A stretch of DNA of 44,753 nt from assembly GCF_004010195.1 (NCBI RefSeq), contig NC_057718.1, forward strand, positions 91,141,651 through 91,186,403, in the 5' to 3' direction. The translations under genes were made by a program, and so were the position numbers. This document shows positions 1 to 10,876 of the stretch, piece by piece. The number at the start of each line of letters is the position of its first letter. Positions within the stretch are counted from its first letter, which is position 1. Source of the stretch: Chiloscyllium plagiosum (lineage: Eukaryota). A model generated the notes under the pieces. It was given only the letters and a program-made list of their open reading frames with translations, had not been told where the DNA came from and made no database searches.

Positions 1-520
1 GGTGAGGACCAGTGGGGTTCTGTCCTGGTGGTGATTGGAGGGTGGGGTTCAAGGGCGGAGGAGATGCGTGGAGAGCATCGTCAAGCACGTCTGAGGGGAA
101 ATTGCAGTCTTTGAAGAAGGAGGCCATCTGGGTTGTTTGGTATTGGAATTGGTCCTCCTGGGAGCAGATATGGTGGAAGCGAAGGAATTGGGAATATGGG
201 ATGGTAATTTTACAGGGGGCAGGGTGGGAGGTGGTGTAATCTAGGTAGCTGTGGGAGTCAGTCGGTTTATAGTAAATGTCCGTGTTGAGTCGGTCGCCCA
301 GGAAAAAAATGGAGAGGTCTAGGAAGGGGAGGGAGGAGTCTGAGATGGTCCAGGTAAATTTGAGGTCGGGGTCGAAGGTGTTAGTAAAGTGGATGAACTG
401 TTCAACCACCTCGTGGGAGCACGAGGTAGTGCCGATACAGTCATCGATGTAGCGGAGGACAAGGTGGGGGTGGTACCAGTGTAGCTGCGGAAGATGGACT
501 GTTCCACATATCTGACAAAG
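1..520 (-). mobile_element. Penelope-like retroelement, reverse transcriptase fragment (degenerate, continues off the window start)
   Basis: The minus strand reads RYVEQSIFRSYTG... then, after a frameshift, LRYIDDCIGTTSCSHEVVEQFIHFTNTFDPDLKFTWTIS. This is the YxDD motif and the F..F..L.FT segment typical of PLE RT. Confidence 0.8.
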
Positions 521-567
521 TGAAATATACAGGGCCACAAGCGTGATTATAAGGCTATATGGCCTAC

Positions 568-603
568 TTCCTGAAGAAGGGCTTATGCCCAAAACGTCGA
601 TTC
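568..603 (+). ncRNA. Minimal type-I hammerhead ribozyme motif, probably inactive (GAAA>AAAA)
   Basis: CTGAAGA (571-577), stem II GGGC/GCCC (579-590), AAAAC-GTC (591-598). Confidence 0.7.
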
Positions 604-695
604 TCCTGTTCCTTGGATGCTGCCTGACCTGCTGCGCTTTTCCAGCAACACATTTTCAGCTCTGATCTCCAGCATCTGCAGCCCTCACTTTCTCT
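569..695 (+). mobile_element. Solo Penelope terminal repeat (pLTR) insertion with minimal hammerhead motif, 14-bp TSD
   Basis: Flanked by the direct repeat CTATATGGCCTACT (555-568 and 696-709). The same GATGCTGCCTGACCTGCTG...CCAGCATCTGCAG sequence is attached to a GIY-YIG fragment at 35365-35783. Confidence 0.8.
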
Positions 696-730
696 CTATA
701 TGGCCTACTCTGTCATTCAATGAGATAATG

Positions 731-843
731 ATGTGGCGATGCTGGTATTGGACTGCGGTGGACAAAGTTAAAGTCTCACAACACCAGGTTATAGTTCACA
801 TAAACCTGTTTGACTATAACCTGGTGTTGCGTGATTTTTAATG
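731..843. mobile_element. Short fold-back insertion (probable PLE terminal-repeat derivative) with 11-bp TSD
   Basis: Direct repeat ATGAGATAATG at 720-730 and 844-854. Internal inverted repeat CAACACCAGGTTATAGT / ACTATAACCTGGTGTTG. Confidence 0.65.
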
Positions 844-1854
844 ATGAGATAATGCTTGACCTGACAATACTCAACGCCATGTTCCTGCATTTCCCTTGCA
901 TCCTTAATTCCCTTATTGATTACAAATCTGTCTATCTGAAAATTGATTATACTTACTTTCTATAGCGCTCTGTGAAGACTGTGATGTACAAGGAGACTAG
1001 TTCAGTGAGTGTGTGCTAATGTGCTGAATTGTTAGCAATGGATCAATGAGACAGGGACAATTGGCCTGTCACACTGCCATTTTTATCCAATTCCACTCCT
1101 GCCCTGTTCTTCACATAGATTTTTTAATATTGCATCTCCAAATATTTTCCATTTCCCTTTTGAAAGATGTTGAATTTGTTTCCACCAATCTTGTCAGTAT
1201 CAATTTCCAGATTATTATCATGCTATGCATGAAATACTTTTCCTTGCTTTGTCTCTGGATTCTTTTATGAATTGCTTTAAATTTTTGGTCTCTGGTTCCC
1301 AAAAATATAAATCTGTTTTCATTAATGCATTACATGATGCAGGATCTTTTAATAGAGAGTGGAATAACATGCAGTAACAATAGATGAAGAAACATCAACA
1401 AAGTGAATTGGCATAGTTGATGTGAGATAAATTTGAGTAAGATGACAGAAGCTAGTGAAGTTGGTATGAAGGCTGGTAATGTTGCAGAGGTGTAAACAAG
1501 CATTTTGGTGACTGAGCAGATGTGAAGGTTGAACCAAACTTTAAGATTGTACTCAGAATTGTTCGCTTTGAGTGAAAGTCTGAGACAGTGACAAAGACCA
1601 ACATGTGGAAAAAAATGTATAAGGGCCTACTATTCGTGACTGAGTTGACTGTTTGTTTGGCGGGGCATGAAAAATCTTTGGAGTTGAGCTTGTTGCACCA
1701 CACAAGGCTAGTCCCACAGAACTGGACGTCAGGGCAGGCAATGGAGTGGAACTGCATGATAAATTGCTAGTGCTGTTGAAGGGTAAAACAAAACAAGCTG
1801 GCATAGTATGCTGGTCACAATGGAGGTCTTTCCTGGGCCACCATGTGTCCCTTG

Positions 1855-2027
1855 CCAAGCTAAATTGCCATAGTGTTCAGGGATGTGTAGGCTAGGTGCA
1901 TTAATCAGGGAGAAATGTAGAGCAATAGGGTAGGGGAATAGGTCTGGGTGGGATACTCTTTTGAGGATCGGTGTGGACTTGTTGGGCCAAATGGCCTATT
2001 TCCATACTGTAGGGATTCTATGATGAT
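1855..2027 (+). mobile_element. HE1-type SINE, 5'-truncated
   Basis: GCTAAATTGCC..TAGTGT...GGTGTGGACTTGTTGGGCC...TTTCCATACTGTAGGGATTCTATGAT matches the 3' half of the copies at 43970-44290 and 43000-43345. Confidence 0.8.
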
Positions 2028-2191
2028 AATAGAACTAACGAACAGATACAGCAACATATGAGTTTGTTTCTAAATAATGTACAGTAATATTTTGTTACAA
2101 CCAAGGTGGGTATGTATATAGTATTGTTCTGAAGTTCCACTAGTCTGCGCGAGTGCAATGTACATTTTGAAAAAGAGTTACCAAATGGCCA

Positions 2192-2280
2192 AGTTCTGAG
2201 GAAGGGTCACTGGACCTGAAATGTTAACTGATTTCTCTCCACAGATGCTGCTTTTCTAGCAATTTCTTCTGTTTTTGTAT
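2192..2280 (+). mobile_element. PLE terminal-repeat remnant starting with a minimal hammerhead
   Basis: AGTT-CTGAGGA-A-GGGTC(ACTG)GACCT-GAAATGTT-AACT gives stem I AGTT/AACT, the core, stem II, and GAAA followed by UH. It is followed by TCTCTCCACAGATGCTGC. Confidence 0.7.
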
Positions 2281-2699
2281 CACTACGGCCAATTGTATAT
2301 ATACTAATCTATCTATTTCCAAATTCAAATACGTCAAATGGATTTCTTTTAATAGATATTGAATCTATTGATTTATTGTAAAGCAATACTTACTCATTAA
2401 AAATGCATGTTATTAACACACAGCTTTGAATATGACAGTATGAATCTCTACCCTTCTAAATAGCCTAAAACACATGTATGTACACCCATACATCAGTGAA
2501 AGCAAAATTTAAAAAAGGTTCCTCTGCAGACAGCAAATGCACAGAAAAGCTTCAACAAAATAATAGTTAATTGTGGGGAAAAATATAACATGAAGCAATC
2601 CAGATGCTGGTGTCCCAGCACATGTGGATGGGTCATAAAGCAGAGACAGTTGTTACTAAACATATACCACCGCACTGAAACAGCTCCTGATGAATTTAA

Positions 2700-3182
2700 A
2701 GGACCCCATGCCAACAACCACCTGAACGAATGTCATATACAAAATGTCCTGCAAGGACTGCAACAAACATTACATTGGACAAATGGGCAGGAAACTAGCC
2801 ACAAGGATACATGAGCACCAACTAGCCACCAAAAGACATGACTAACTATCACTAGTATCCATACACATAGATAAAGAGGGACATCAGTTCAACTGGGCAA
2901 TACATCCATTCTGGGGCAGGCAAAACAAAGACACGCATGGGAATTCCTAGAGGCCTCGCATTCAAACTGGAACTCCATTAACATATACATTGCAATGGAT
3001 CCCATTTACCAACCTCTCAGAAAAAGAACCGGAAGTGATATCACCCACCACAACCGACCAAGACACACATCGCAAGCGGGACAGAACTCTAGCATTTCAT
3101 CGGAGGCTCACTGATGATGTTACCCAGCATGGTGGCAAAACCTCTGAGAACAAATCTACCACATCAGCAAGTAAATTTACAT
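2700..3182 (+). mobile_element. Penelope-like element 3' part: GIY-YIG endonuclease remnant plus terminal repeat with decayed hammerhead
   Basis: Translates as NVIYKMSCKDCNKHYIGQMGRKLATRIHEHQLATKRHD...ILGQAKQRHAWEFLEASHS...DPIYQPL. The hammerhead is CTCA-CTGATGA-T-GTTACC/GGTGGC-AAAACCTC-TGAG at 3107-3148. Related to the element at 18039-19381. Confidence 0.85.
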
Positions 3183-3352
3183 CCACATATGGTTGTTACT
3201 GGGATAATTTCAGAGGCACTTTGTTCAGGAGATGTTAAGACAACATTCTTCAGAAACCTAGGAGAATAGCTGTATCATGTTTAACTTTGTAATTGGATTC
3301 TCTGAAAATTTTTCAAAACAGGTGGCTGTGTTGGGTGACTAATTTCAGTAGC

Positions 3353-3556
3353 AGAAAGTGAGGACCGCGGATGCTGGAGATCAGACTCGAAATCTGTGGT
3401 GCTGGAAAAGCACAGCCGGTCAGGCAGCATCCGATAAGCAGTACAGGCAACGTTTCGAGCATAAGTCCTCATTCCTGATGCTATGCTCGAAAGGTCGACT
3501 CTCCTGCTCCTGGGATTCTGCCAGAGCGGCTGTGCTTTACCAGCACCACACACTGA
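3353..3556. mobile_element. Fold-back (head-to-head) pair of PLE terminal repeats
   Basis: The left arm (GTGGTGCTGGAAAAGCACAGCCG...CGTTTCGAGCATA) is the reverse complement of the right arm (TATGCTCGAAAGG...CGGCTGTGCTTTACCAGCACCAC). The junction is at TTCCTGATG (~3472-3480). Confidence 0.75.
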
Positions 3557-4299
3557 GCTAATACCAAATAGCCACAATTTCTTACAACTATAACCTCAGG
3601 AATGTCATTTTTCAGTGAATATGTCCAAACAATAAACTTAAGTCATGATTTCCAGTATGAGCCTTTTTAAAAAAAATCTCAAATATCCTTTCAATCCTCA
3701 GTCTATTAAATGTCACTGCAAACCAATTCCTTTAAACACAACTTTTCAAAATATGTTAACAATGGGAGTGTAAAAATCAAAATGCTTAAGGTACTTGGGC
3801 AATTTGTGTTGGGAACTATTCTGTTTCATAAAACTGAATCTGCTCTTATCCTGCAGAAATTACACAACTAATTGCTATACCCTTAAATTTGTGTATCCAA
3901 GAATACTTTTATTCTGAATACACGGGCACACAGGAATAAGTACAGAATTCTTTTGCTGCAGTACATTGCTGATGTCTAGAATGTGTTACTGTATCTGTGC
4001 AGAGTAGCCAGGCAATTGAATTAGTTGCATATCATTGACATAGCTTCCCATAATACTCAAAAATACTGTGCTCCTGTTGAAAAATCATGTTATAGTATAC
4101 AATTAAACTTTCTTCAACTTTTGCGTTTGGTTTTCTTGGAAGGTGAAATCACTAAAGCTGTTCAGAAGTGTCAGCAAGAGATATTGGTTGGTATGAAGCA
4201 TGCTCCTTCCTTGGATATGTGTGGAATATAATATCAAGTGCCTGTTTTTGAAGATGAGCCCCAATGTGTGAAACTAGGCACTGATGAGAGTGCTGACAT

Positions 4300-4660
4300 G
4301 TAAACTATAACTGGCGGAGTGCCACATCGATCAATTTTGGGGTTTCAAACATTTACAATCTGTATCAAAGAAGGGATCAAATATGTGGTAGTTAAAGTTG
4401 CTGATGACATTGAGATGGGGAAATAGATAGATTCTACAAAGAGATATGGATAAGTGAAGTGAGTTTTCTTTGTAATTCAGAGTATCATTAACCTGTGGAA
4501 TCCTTTTCTCTATCTTTAATGAAAGGGTGAGTGAGATTTTAATAGATAGGAGTTGAGGGTTATGGGAAAGACATGGAGTGAAGTTGAGACCACAACCAGA
4601 TCCGCCATAATCTTAACAAATGGCAGGACAGGTTCGAGGGGGTGAATGCCAGCCTTCATC
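4300..4660 (+). mobile_element. Old CR1-clade LINE RT and 3' tail remnant
   Basis: GVPHRSILG (decayed GVPQGSxLG) and KVADD motifs, followed by a typical LINE 3' tail. Confidence 0.6.
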
Positions 4661-5036
4661 TCAGTTCATTGTTCCTCTGTGCCCAATCAGGAAGGAAGGA
4701 AACTAAAGTGTTTCGAACTTGTAATCCCAGCTGAAGGCCACTTGTGAACCCTACCTAATACCTGTCAAAATATGTGACCCAGTAGTATTGCTGAACACAA
4801 TTCATTCATTGCATGATGTTCACAGACCTTACCTTATTGTGTTGAATTGTCTTGAGTTTGTTGACCAAAAGGTTTTGTAAAGTTTGACCAGAGTAATTTG
4901 GTTTATTTCAAGATCTATTTATTGATACTGATACCTGTGTGATGAAAGTGTTGTGAGCTTTACTTAGAGCTAATACTGCTTAATATTTAAAATAGGAGAC
5001 TGAACCTTTTATAATTTGTTTTTCTTCATTTTGCAG

Positions 5037-5061
5037 AAATTTGGATCCACTAACGGAAACC
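5037..5061 (+). CDS. NAA20: N-alpha-acetyltransferase 20 (NatB catalytic subunit), coding exon 2 (25 nt)
   Basis: TTGCAG acceptor; encodes (I)NLDPLTET; followed by a GTATCCTT donor; phase fits exon 3. Confidence 0.93.
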
Positions 5062-6259
5062 GTATCCTTGAACCCATCTGTTACCACTTTGGTTTCCTGT
5101 GGGGAATTTTGGTTTAATGTGACATGCAGTGCCATTGAGCAGAATACGCTAATCCTTTCTTTTATTTGGTCGTTATTAAGAATTTTTTATGTTCATGTTT
5201 AGTTTATTTCTGGTTTCTTAACATAAATAATGTGCTTGATGAGTGATCGGTGGACTCAGAATACTTGTCTTTCTGGTTAGTTGAAATTGTTAAGTCATCA
5301 TTAGTTGATGTCATAAGTGCTTACAACCTTCAAAAGTTGTGCTATAAAATAACATTTTGCCATTCGGTATAGTTCCTTTCACCTTGTGGTCCAGTGGAAC
5401 TTTTAAAATTCATTTGACTTTGTGCATTCACACATACTGTATAGCTATAGTTTACCAAAGCATTTCACTCGAGCTTTAGTCGTGGAGTAATTGTACTTGT
5501 ATGGCATTGTGATTCTTTATTCAGTGTAGAGTTGGTTCCATGACATCTAACCATTTGGGGACAGGGAATGGCAGATTTCTTGAAGTTAAAAGTTCTAGGT
5601 TACCATTGAACTTACACTACATTCAGCATTGATTTTTACCATTTCAGAATACAAACTCTTGAAAATACAAGCACCAAACAGCATGTGTTTGGAAGCCATT
5701 CCCTGATCTTTGAATTGAATAGCTTGCTAGACCATTTCAGAGCAGAGCTAGCAGTCAGCCTATGGGTCTAAACTCATGTAGGTCAGACTGGTAAAGGTGG
5801 CACATTACCCTCTTTAAAGGATATTAGTGAACCAGATTGACAACAACATGGTCACCATTACTGACACAAGTTTTCAATTCCAGATTTAGCAATTGAATTG
5901 AAATTCCACCTGCTGCTGTAGTAGAATTTCAAAAAAGTTGCCCCCTTGCATTGACAAGGGTCTCTGGATTAATAGGTCAACGATCTTACTGCTATGTCGC
6001 CATCTCTTGTGTGTTGATCTGAGGTAGGGAAACAGGAGCATTTGCTATTTTAGAAATCAGAAAGGAGAGAGACTAGTTTGGACTGAAAAATTGCATTGAA
6101 ATAGCTTCCTATCACGTATAAAAAGCCTGGGAACTTTAACAAATTTATATTTATGGAATGTATTTTGTTGTATGGTTGATTTATTATAAACTATATTGAC
6201 TATTATAATTTTACCTTTTATATTAGTTTTTGTGGTTAATTTTCTTAAGTGATTCATAG
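5062..6259 (+). other. NAA20: U12-type (minor spliceosome) GT-AG intron, NAA20 intron 2
   Basis: 5' splice site GTATCCTTG (U12 consensus RTATCCTT). Branch-point-like TTTCTTAAG at 6241-6249, 10 nt before the 3' end. No polypyrimidine tract before the CATAG acceptor. Confidence 0.88.
5720..6005 (-). mobile_element. Degenerate tRNA-derived SINE-like repeat
   Basis: Resembles a shark SINE body (AGTGAACCAGAT...GGTCACCATTACTGA...AAATTCCACC.GCTGC...GGTCTCTGGATTA) with the tRNA-like head at the right end. Family not determined. Confidence 0.45.
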
Positions 6260-6350
6260 TATGGAATACCCTTCTACCTACAGTATCTGGCTCATTGGCC
6301 GGAATATTTCATTGTTGCAGAGGCCCCTGGAGGAGAGTTAATGGGATACA
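6260..6350 (+). CDS. NAA20: NAA20 coding exon 3 (91 nt)
   Basis: YGIPFYLQYLAHWPEYFIVAEAPGGELMGY(I); AG/GTAAG boundaries. Confidence 0.97.
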
Positions 6351-7264
6351 GTAAGGATCCAGTATCATGTTCGCTAATACGTTGTACACATGCCATATAA
6401 AACTTATTTTCTGATATTAAATGTGCCTTTCAATTAGATTAAATAGTTACATTTTATGCTTACTATGACTTGATTCAAAAATGTAAATCCTAATGTTCTA
6501 TTTGAACATAATTAATGTGCTGTAATAATGTTGCAGATGCTATTCTTCAAAACCAGCCTTATCTAAACAATTAACTTCAATTGGAGTTATTACCTTATCT
6601 CACCTTGGTTGTTTTTAACCTGCAAAGCCTTTATTTCCATTTTCTTTAGTCCAAGGGATCCAGAGTTAAATAGACTTGGCAGACAAATGGTTTAACTATT
6701 CACTGTCAGATCTGGGTAGACTACTTAAAATATTCGCAGGTCTGTTCTCCTTTGCCAAAACTGGTTATTCTGCAGTCGCTTTCAAATGCAAAGATACCAT
6801 TGCTTCTTTTCTCCACTGCCTTCACTGTTTTCTTTCCAAATCCTCTGGGCCAAGTTTCTGCTAATGTTCCCTGTATCCTTAACCCTGAACTTATATGTTT
6901 TTTTCTCTCTTCTATTTTCCCTCATGTTCTATCTGAGCTCATTTGTCCACAAGATTCATCTCCTGCTCTTGACCCTATTCCCATCAAATGATGGATTATC
7001 ATTCTCCCCTCCCTCGCCCAACCTATATCAGGTGAGATTGTTAATGGCTCTTCGTCAATACTGTCTTCCTCTTCAAACTTACCATCATCATCCCCATAAA
7101 AAAGCTTTCACTCTCTCCCTCATTGCAGAATTACCTCCCTCATCTCCAGACTTGCTTTCCTGTCTAAAGACCTTGAATATGCTGTTGCCAATCCATATCC
7201 ATCTTTCCCAGAACCCCATGTTTGAACCTCTGATTAAATTTGTACCCTTGCCGTGGTACTGGCA

Positions 7265-8455
7265 TGGTTCTTCTCTAGTTCAGAAATGACATCCCATGTG
7301 AACCGCTCAAGGTGAACTGTATCTCCTTATCCTTCTTGACTTATCTGGATTGACTGAGCATCCTGACTCCTCTCCGCAGTTGTGTCGGACTGCACTTGCC
7401 TGCTTTCATTTCCTTTTCCATACATTTCTATCTAGAGAATTGTCTGCAATAGCTTCTCGCTGCCTATATCACTAGTTTCGTCTAAGGATCTGTCTCCTGT
7501 TTGTTATCTGCGTGCTGCCCATCAGTGGTATAATCTGAAAACGGTGTGTCAAATTCCACGTATGCTGATGACATCCAGCTGTACCTCGCTATAACATTTC
7601 TTTCCCCACTTCTTTCTTTAAATTGTTACACTTGTCCTGTACCCAGCATGGATAACCAGGAGTTTCACCCTTGTAAATATTGGGAAGGCCAAATCCATTA
7701 TCTTTGGTCTCCAAAACAAACCTTATTCCCTAACTATTGACACCATTCCTCTCCCTGACAGCTTTCTAAGGCTGTTCAAATCTATTTACAATTCTGATAA
7801 AAAGCATCCACCTACATTACTAACTCTGTTTTCTGCTCCATGTGTATCCTGACCTGTTGAGTGTCCCCAGAATTTCTGTTTTTATTTCAAACTGTACACA
7901 ACCTTGTTATTGTATTTGGCCCAAAAAATGAGCTTCGAACCACATGTCTGTAATACTGTTAAGACTGCTAATTTCCTGCTCTGTAACAACAAACTCTTAT
8001 CTCAGCTCATCTGCTGCTTAAGGCCTCAACCATGCTATATTATTTCTAGACTTGACTATTCCAGTGTACTAGGCAAATGCTGGAGATTAGAGTAGTGCTG
8101 GAAAAGCACAGCAGGTCAGGCAGCATCCGAGGAGCAGGAAAATTGACGTTTTGGGTAAAAGCCCTTCATTCCAGTGTGCTCCTAGTTGTCTTCCAACTTC
8201 CATACTGCATAAATCTGGAGTCACATATGACCTTACTGCCTAAAACTCCTAACTAATACCAAGTCTGATCTACCTGTTACCTTGCTGACCAACATTTGCT
8301 CCCAGTTAAGCACCGTCTCAATTCTAAAATAGTCGTCTTGGTTTTTAAATCTCTCCACAATTTTGCTACATGTCTAACCTTCAGCCCAATGACATATCCT
8401 CCAGTTCTAGACTTCAGCATTTCTGAATGTTAATTGTCCAACAATAGTGGCTGTA
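7265..8455 (+). mobile_element. L2-clade LINE remnant (RT and 3' part) with nested small PLE insertions
   Basis: YADDIQLY at 7561-7587 and ISRLDYSS at ~8040. The 3' region resembles 12200-12660 and 30990-31430. Confidence 0.7.
8071..8167 (-). mobile_element. Solo PLE terminal-repeat insertion, 13-bp TSD, truncated inside the hammerhead core
   Basis: TSD ATTCCAGTGT(A/G)CT at 8058-8070 and 8168-8180. The minus strand begins (AT)GAAGGGCTTTTACCCAAAACGTC. Confidence 0.75.
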
Positions 8456-10089
8456 ATGTTATGTTAATGTGACTTATACTTTCTTCCCTACAATTGATCA
8501 TTGTATTGTTTAGATATGCCAAATATATTTTGATCTATTTAATGTATTTAGCAGTTATTTCGACTGCACTACATTTCCCTGACACTTTTTTAAAAAAAGT
8601 AAAGAAATTAAAGTTCTCCCAGAACAGAAAATACTCTACTCTAGTAAGAATATCTGCTGTTTGCCAAGTGATATTTGTATATATTCTTCTTGTGCTAACC
8701 TAATAGCAGTTAGTCTTTGTCTCCTTCATTATATAAATAACTATGTTTTATATGGAATAATGTTCCTTTCTTTGTGGAATCATCTGAAATGGCCATTAGT
8801 GGTGTCAGCAGTAATTTACCAATTATATTCATTTTTATGTCATCAGTCCAGTGACAGCGCACATATTTTAGGGCAAAGTACAAATAAAGGTAGTCATTTT
8901 GAATGTTTGAAAAGCTCCCATTTGTTTCAAGAGTGAGAATATGTGGAGCTTTTAAATTGACTGTAGCAGTCTTCTACTTGAAAGACTAACAGTCCTGATG
9001 TGACCTGCATTCTGAACAACAGTTAAGTGCTTGACTTCACACAGCAGATATTTAGCAGTAATTAGACTTTTTAGCCTTAAAGTCACACATCTTAATCTTA
9101 AAAATTAAGTGAAGTAATTGTCCTAACCTTATAACGTAGCATGTCCTCTAATTTAATAAAAAACATCTGTTAGTATATAGAAATGCTTTGAATTTAGCAT
9201 GGGAAATTAAAAATGGAAACTAAGTATTTTCCTTTTAAGTGTCATGTAAGGTTTGCTTGCAGCTTTTAGGAAAAGGATCTCTTCGATCTTATCAACCTCT
9301 ACTTAATGCAAAGCATTTCTCTGCTGTCTAGTTAATAGAAGCACATAACTTTAATCATTTGAACTCACCTGGAAATGTCAATTTCAAATTGTATGCATTC
9401 CTCTTGACCAGGTTTGTTCCCATATTACTTTTAATTTGAATGTGAGAACTTTGGGTTGCATTTTATAAAATACTTTTAGTAGAAGCATTTTTCAATGTTT
9501 AACTAGATCAAAAGAGAACATTGAATATTTCTACATATATTTGAGTATTAAGAAAGTAGCATAACATCATAGTCTGGGCTCAAATGTCTTCAAATGTAGG
9601 TGACTTACTATATTAATTAGCTGATTCAAAGCAGTTAAATTGGCAGGGAAGTATTTCCAAAGTATATTGTCTGGACCCTAATGTTGCTTCTCCTACTTGC
9701 ATTCACATTCACCTGCACCAGTCTATGGTAGTTACAGTTTTCAACATGGCTCATTAGTCCCAAGCCTGCTGGTGAAATATTTGAAAGGTATCATTATTTC
9801 TGAAAAGAAATTGGAAACTGATTCAAATATGTCCATATTGTGTGGAAGGAAAATAGCGAAAACACTGTAGTTGCCCACAGTAAGCTCCTACTAACAGTAC
9901 TTAGGGTATTGAAGCTTTACTTAGGTTTGCAAAATGTAGAAATTGGATAAAGAGATCTCGTAATGTGAAATGAGACACTAATTTATGAAATACAGTGAGT
10001 GAGAGGTTTGTTGGGATCTGAAACTAGTGTAAATTACATTGATGGTGTGTAATGAGAGTTTTAAAAAAGCCATCTAATTTTTTTTTCAG

Positions 10090-10225
10090 TTATGGGGAAA
10101 GCTGAAGGATCAGTGGCAAGAGAGGAATGGCATGGACATGTAACAGCCTTATCTGTAGCCCCAGAGTTTAGACGCTTGGGACTAGCAGCTAAACTAATGG
10201 AACTGCTGGAGGAAATATCTGAAAG
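10090..10225 (+). CDS. NAA20: NAA20 coding exon 4 (136 nt)
   Basis: MGKAEGSVAREEWHGHVTALSVAPEFRRLGLAAKLMELLEEISE(R), containing the GNAT acetyl-CoA motif RRLGLA; AG/GT boundaries. Confidence 0.97.
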
Positions 10226-10318
10226 GTTGATGTTCCTATTTTAACAATTAATTTGATATCAAATATGCATTTTAAATTGTCAGGAACTGATGAACCATTT
10301 TAATTTTTTTTATTGTAG

Positions 10319-10464
10319 AAAAGGTGGATTCTTTGTGGATCTATTTGTACGAGTTTCCAATCAAGTGGCAGTAAACATGTACAAACAACTTGGCTATAGT
10401 GTTTACCGGACTGTGATAGAGTATTACTCAGCTAGCAATGGAGAACCAGATGAAGACGCTTATG
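10319..10464 (+). CDS. NAA20: NAA20 coding exon 5 (146 nt)
   Basis: KGGFFVDLFVRVSNQVAVNMYKQLGYSVYRTVIEYYSASNGEPDEDAY(D); AG/GTATG boundaries. Confidence 0.97.
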
Positions 10465-10876
10465 GTATGCTTATGGATTTGTGAAATATACTTAAAATAG
10501 AACACTGGTAACAGTGATAACTGAGAAAGATTAAGTGTAAGAGTTGTGTTGATTATTTTCTGTATTGGTTTAATATTGAGTATGAAAAATCAGGATATAT
10601 CAGAGTTTCTCTCCAGTGCTTTTCATTTTAGTGAAGTTCTTTTCCATTTTAGTAGTGGGTATTTATCTCACTGAATTACAAATATGCAGAACCCTTGAGT
10701 GTTGAAGTGACCAGCGATTATGATTCTTCTGCAAGTGGCAGCCAGTTTTAAAGCACCTTGCAGCTGAGAGAGTGTTTTTATGATTTGCATTTTTAAGGAA
10801 TCGTTTTAAGCAACTTTTATGAAGTTGCCTGTTTTTAGTAAGACCTCTCTAATTATGCTTTTCCTTTCTGTAACAG

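Larger units (their letters stand above)
555..960 (-). mobile_element. Old CR1/L2-clade LINE 3' tail interrupted by the two insertions above
   Basis: With the inserts removed, it resembles the tail at 44390-44500 (CCATTCAAT..GATCATGGCTGAT...CCCTTGATTCC). Confidence 0.55.

Noticed and set aside
1..5036. NAA20 exon 1 and promoter
   Set aside because: No MTTLRAF-coding segment or CpG island found; the GC-rich start of the window is PLE RT sequence.
5150..5160. Second ATCCTTT in NAA20 intron 2 as an alternative U12 donor
   Set aside because: Preceded by TA rather than GT/AT, so it does not fit RTATCCTT.
6676..7289. Overlapping ORFs up to 167 aa in NAA20 intron 3
   Set aside because: Pyrimidine-rich low-complexity translation next to an L2 remnant; no domain recognised.
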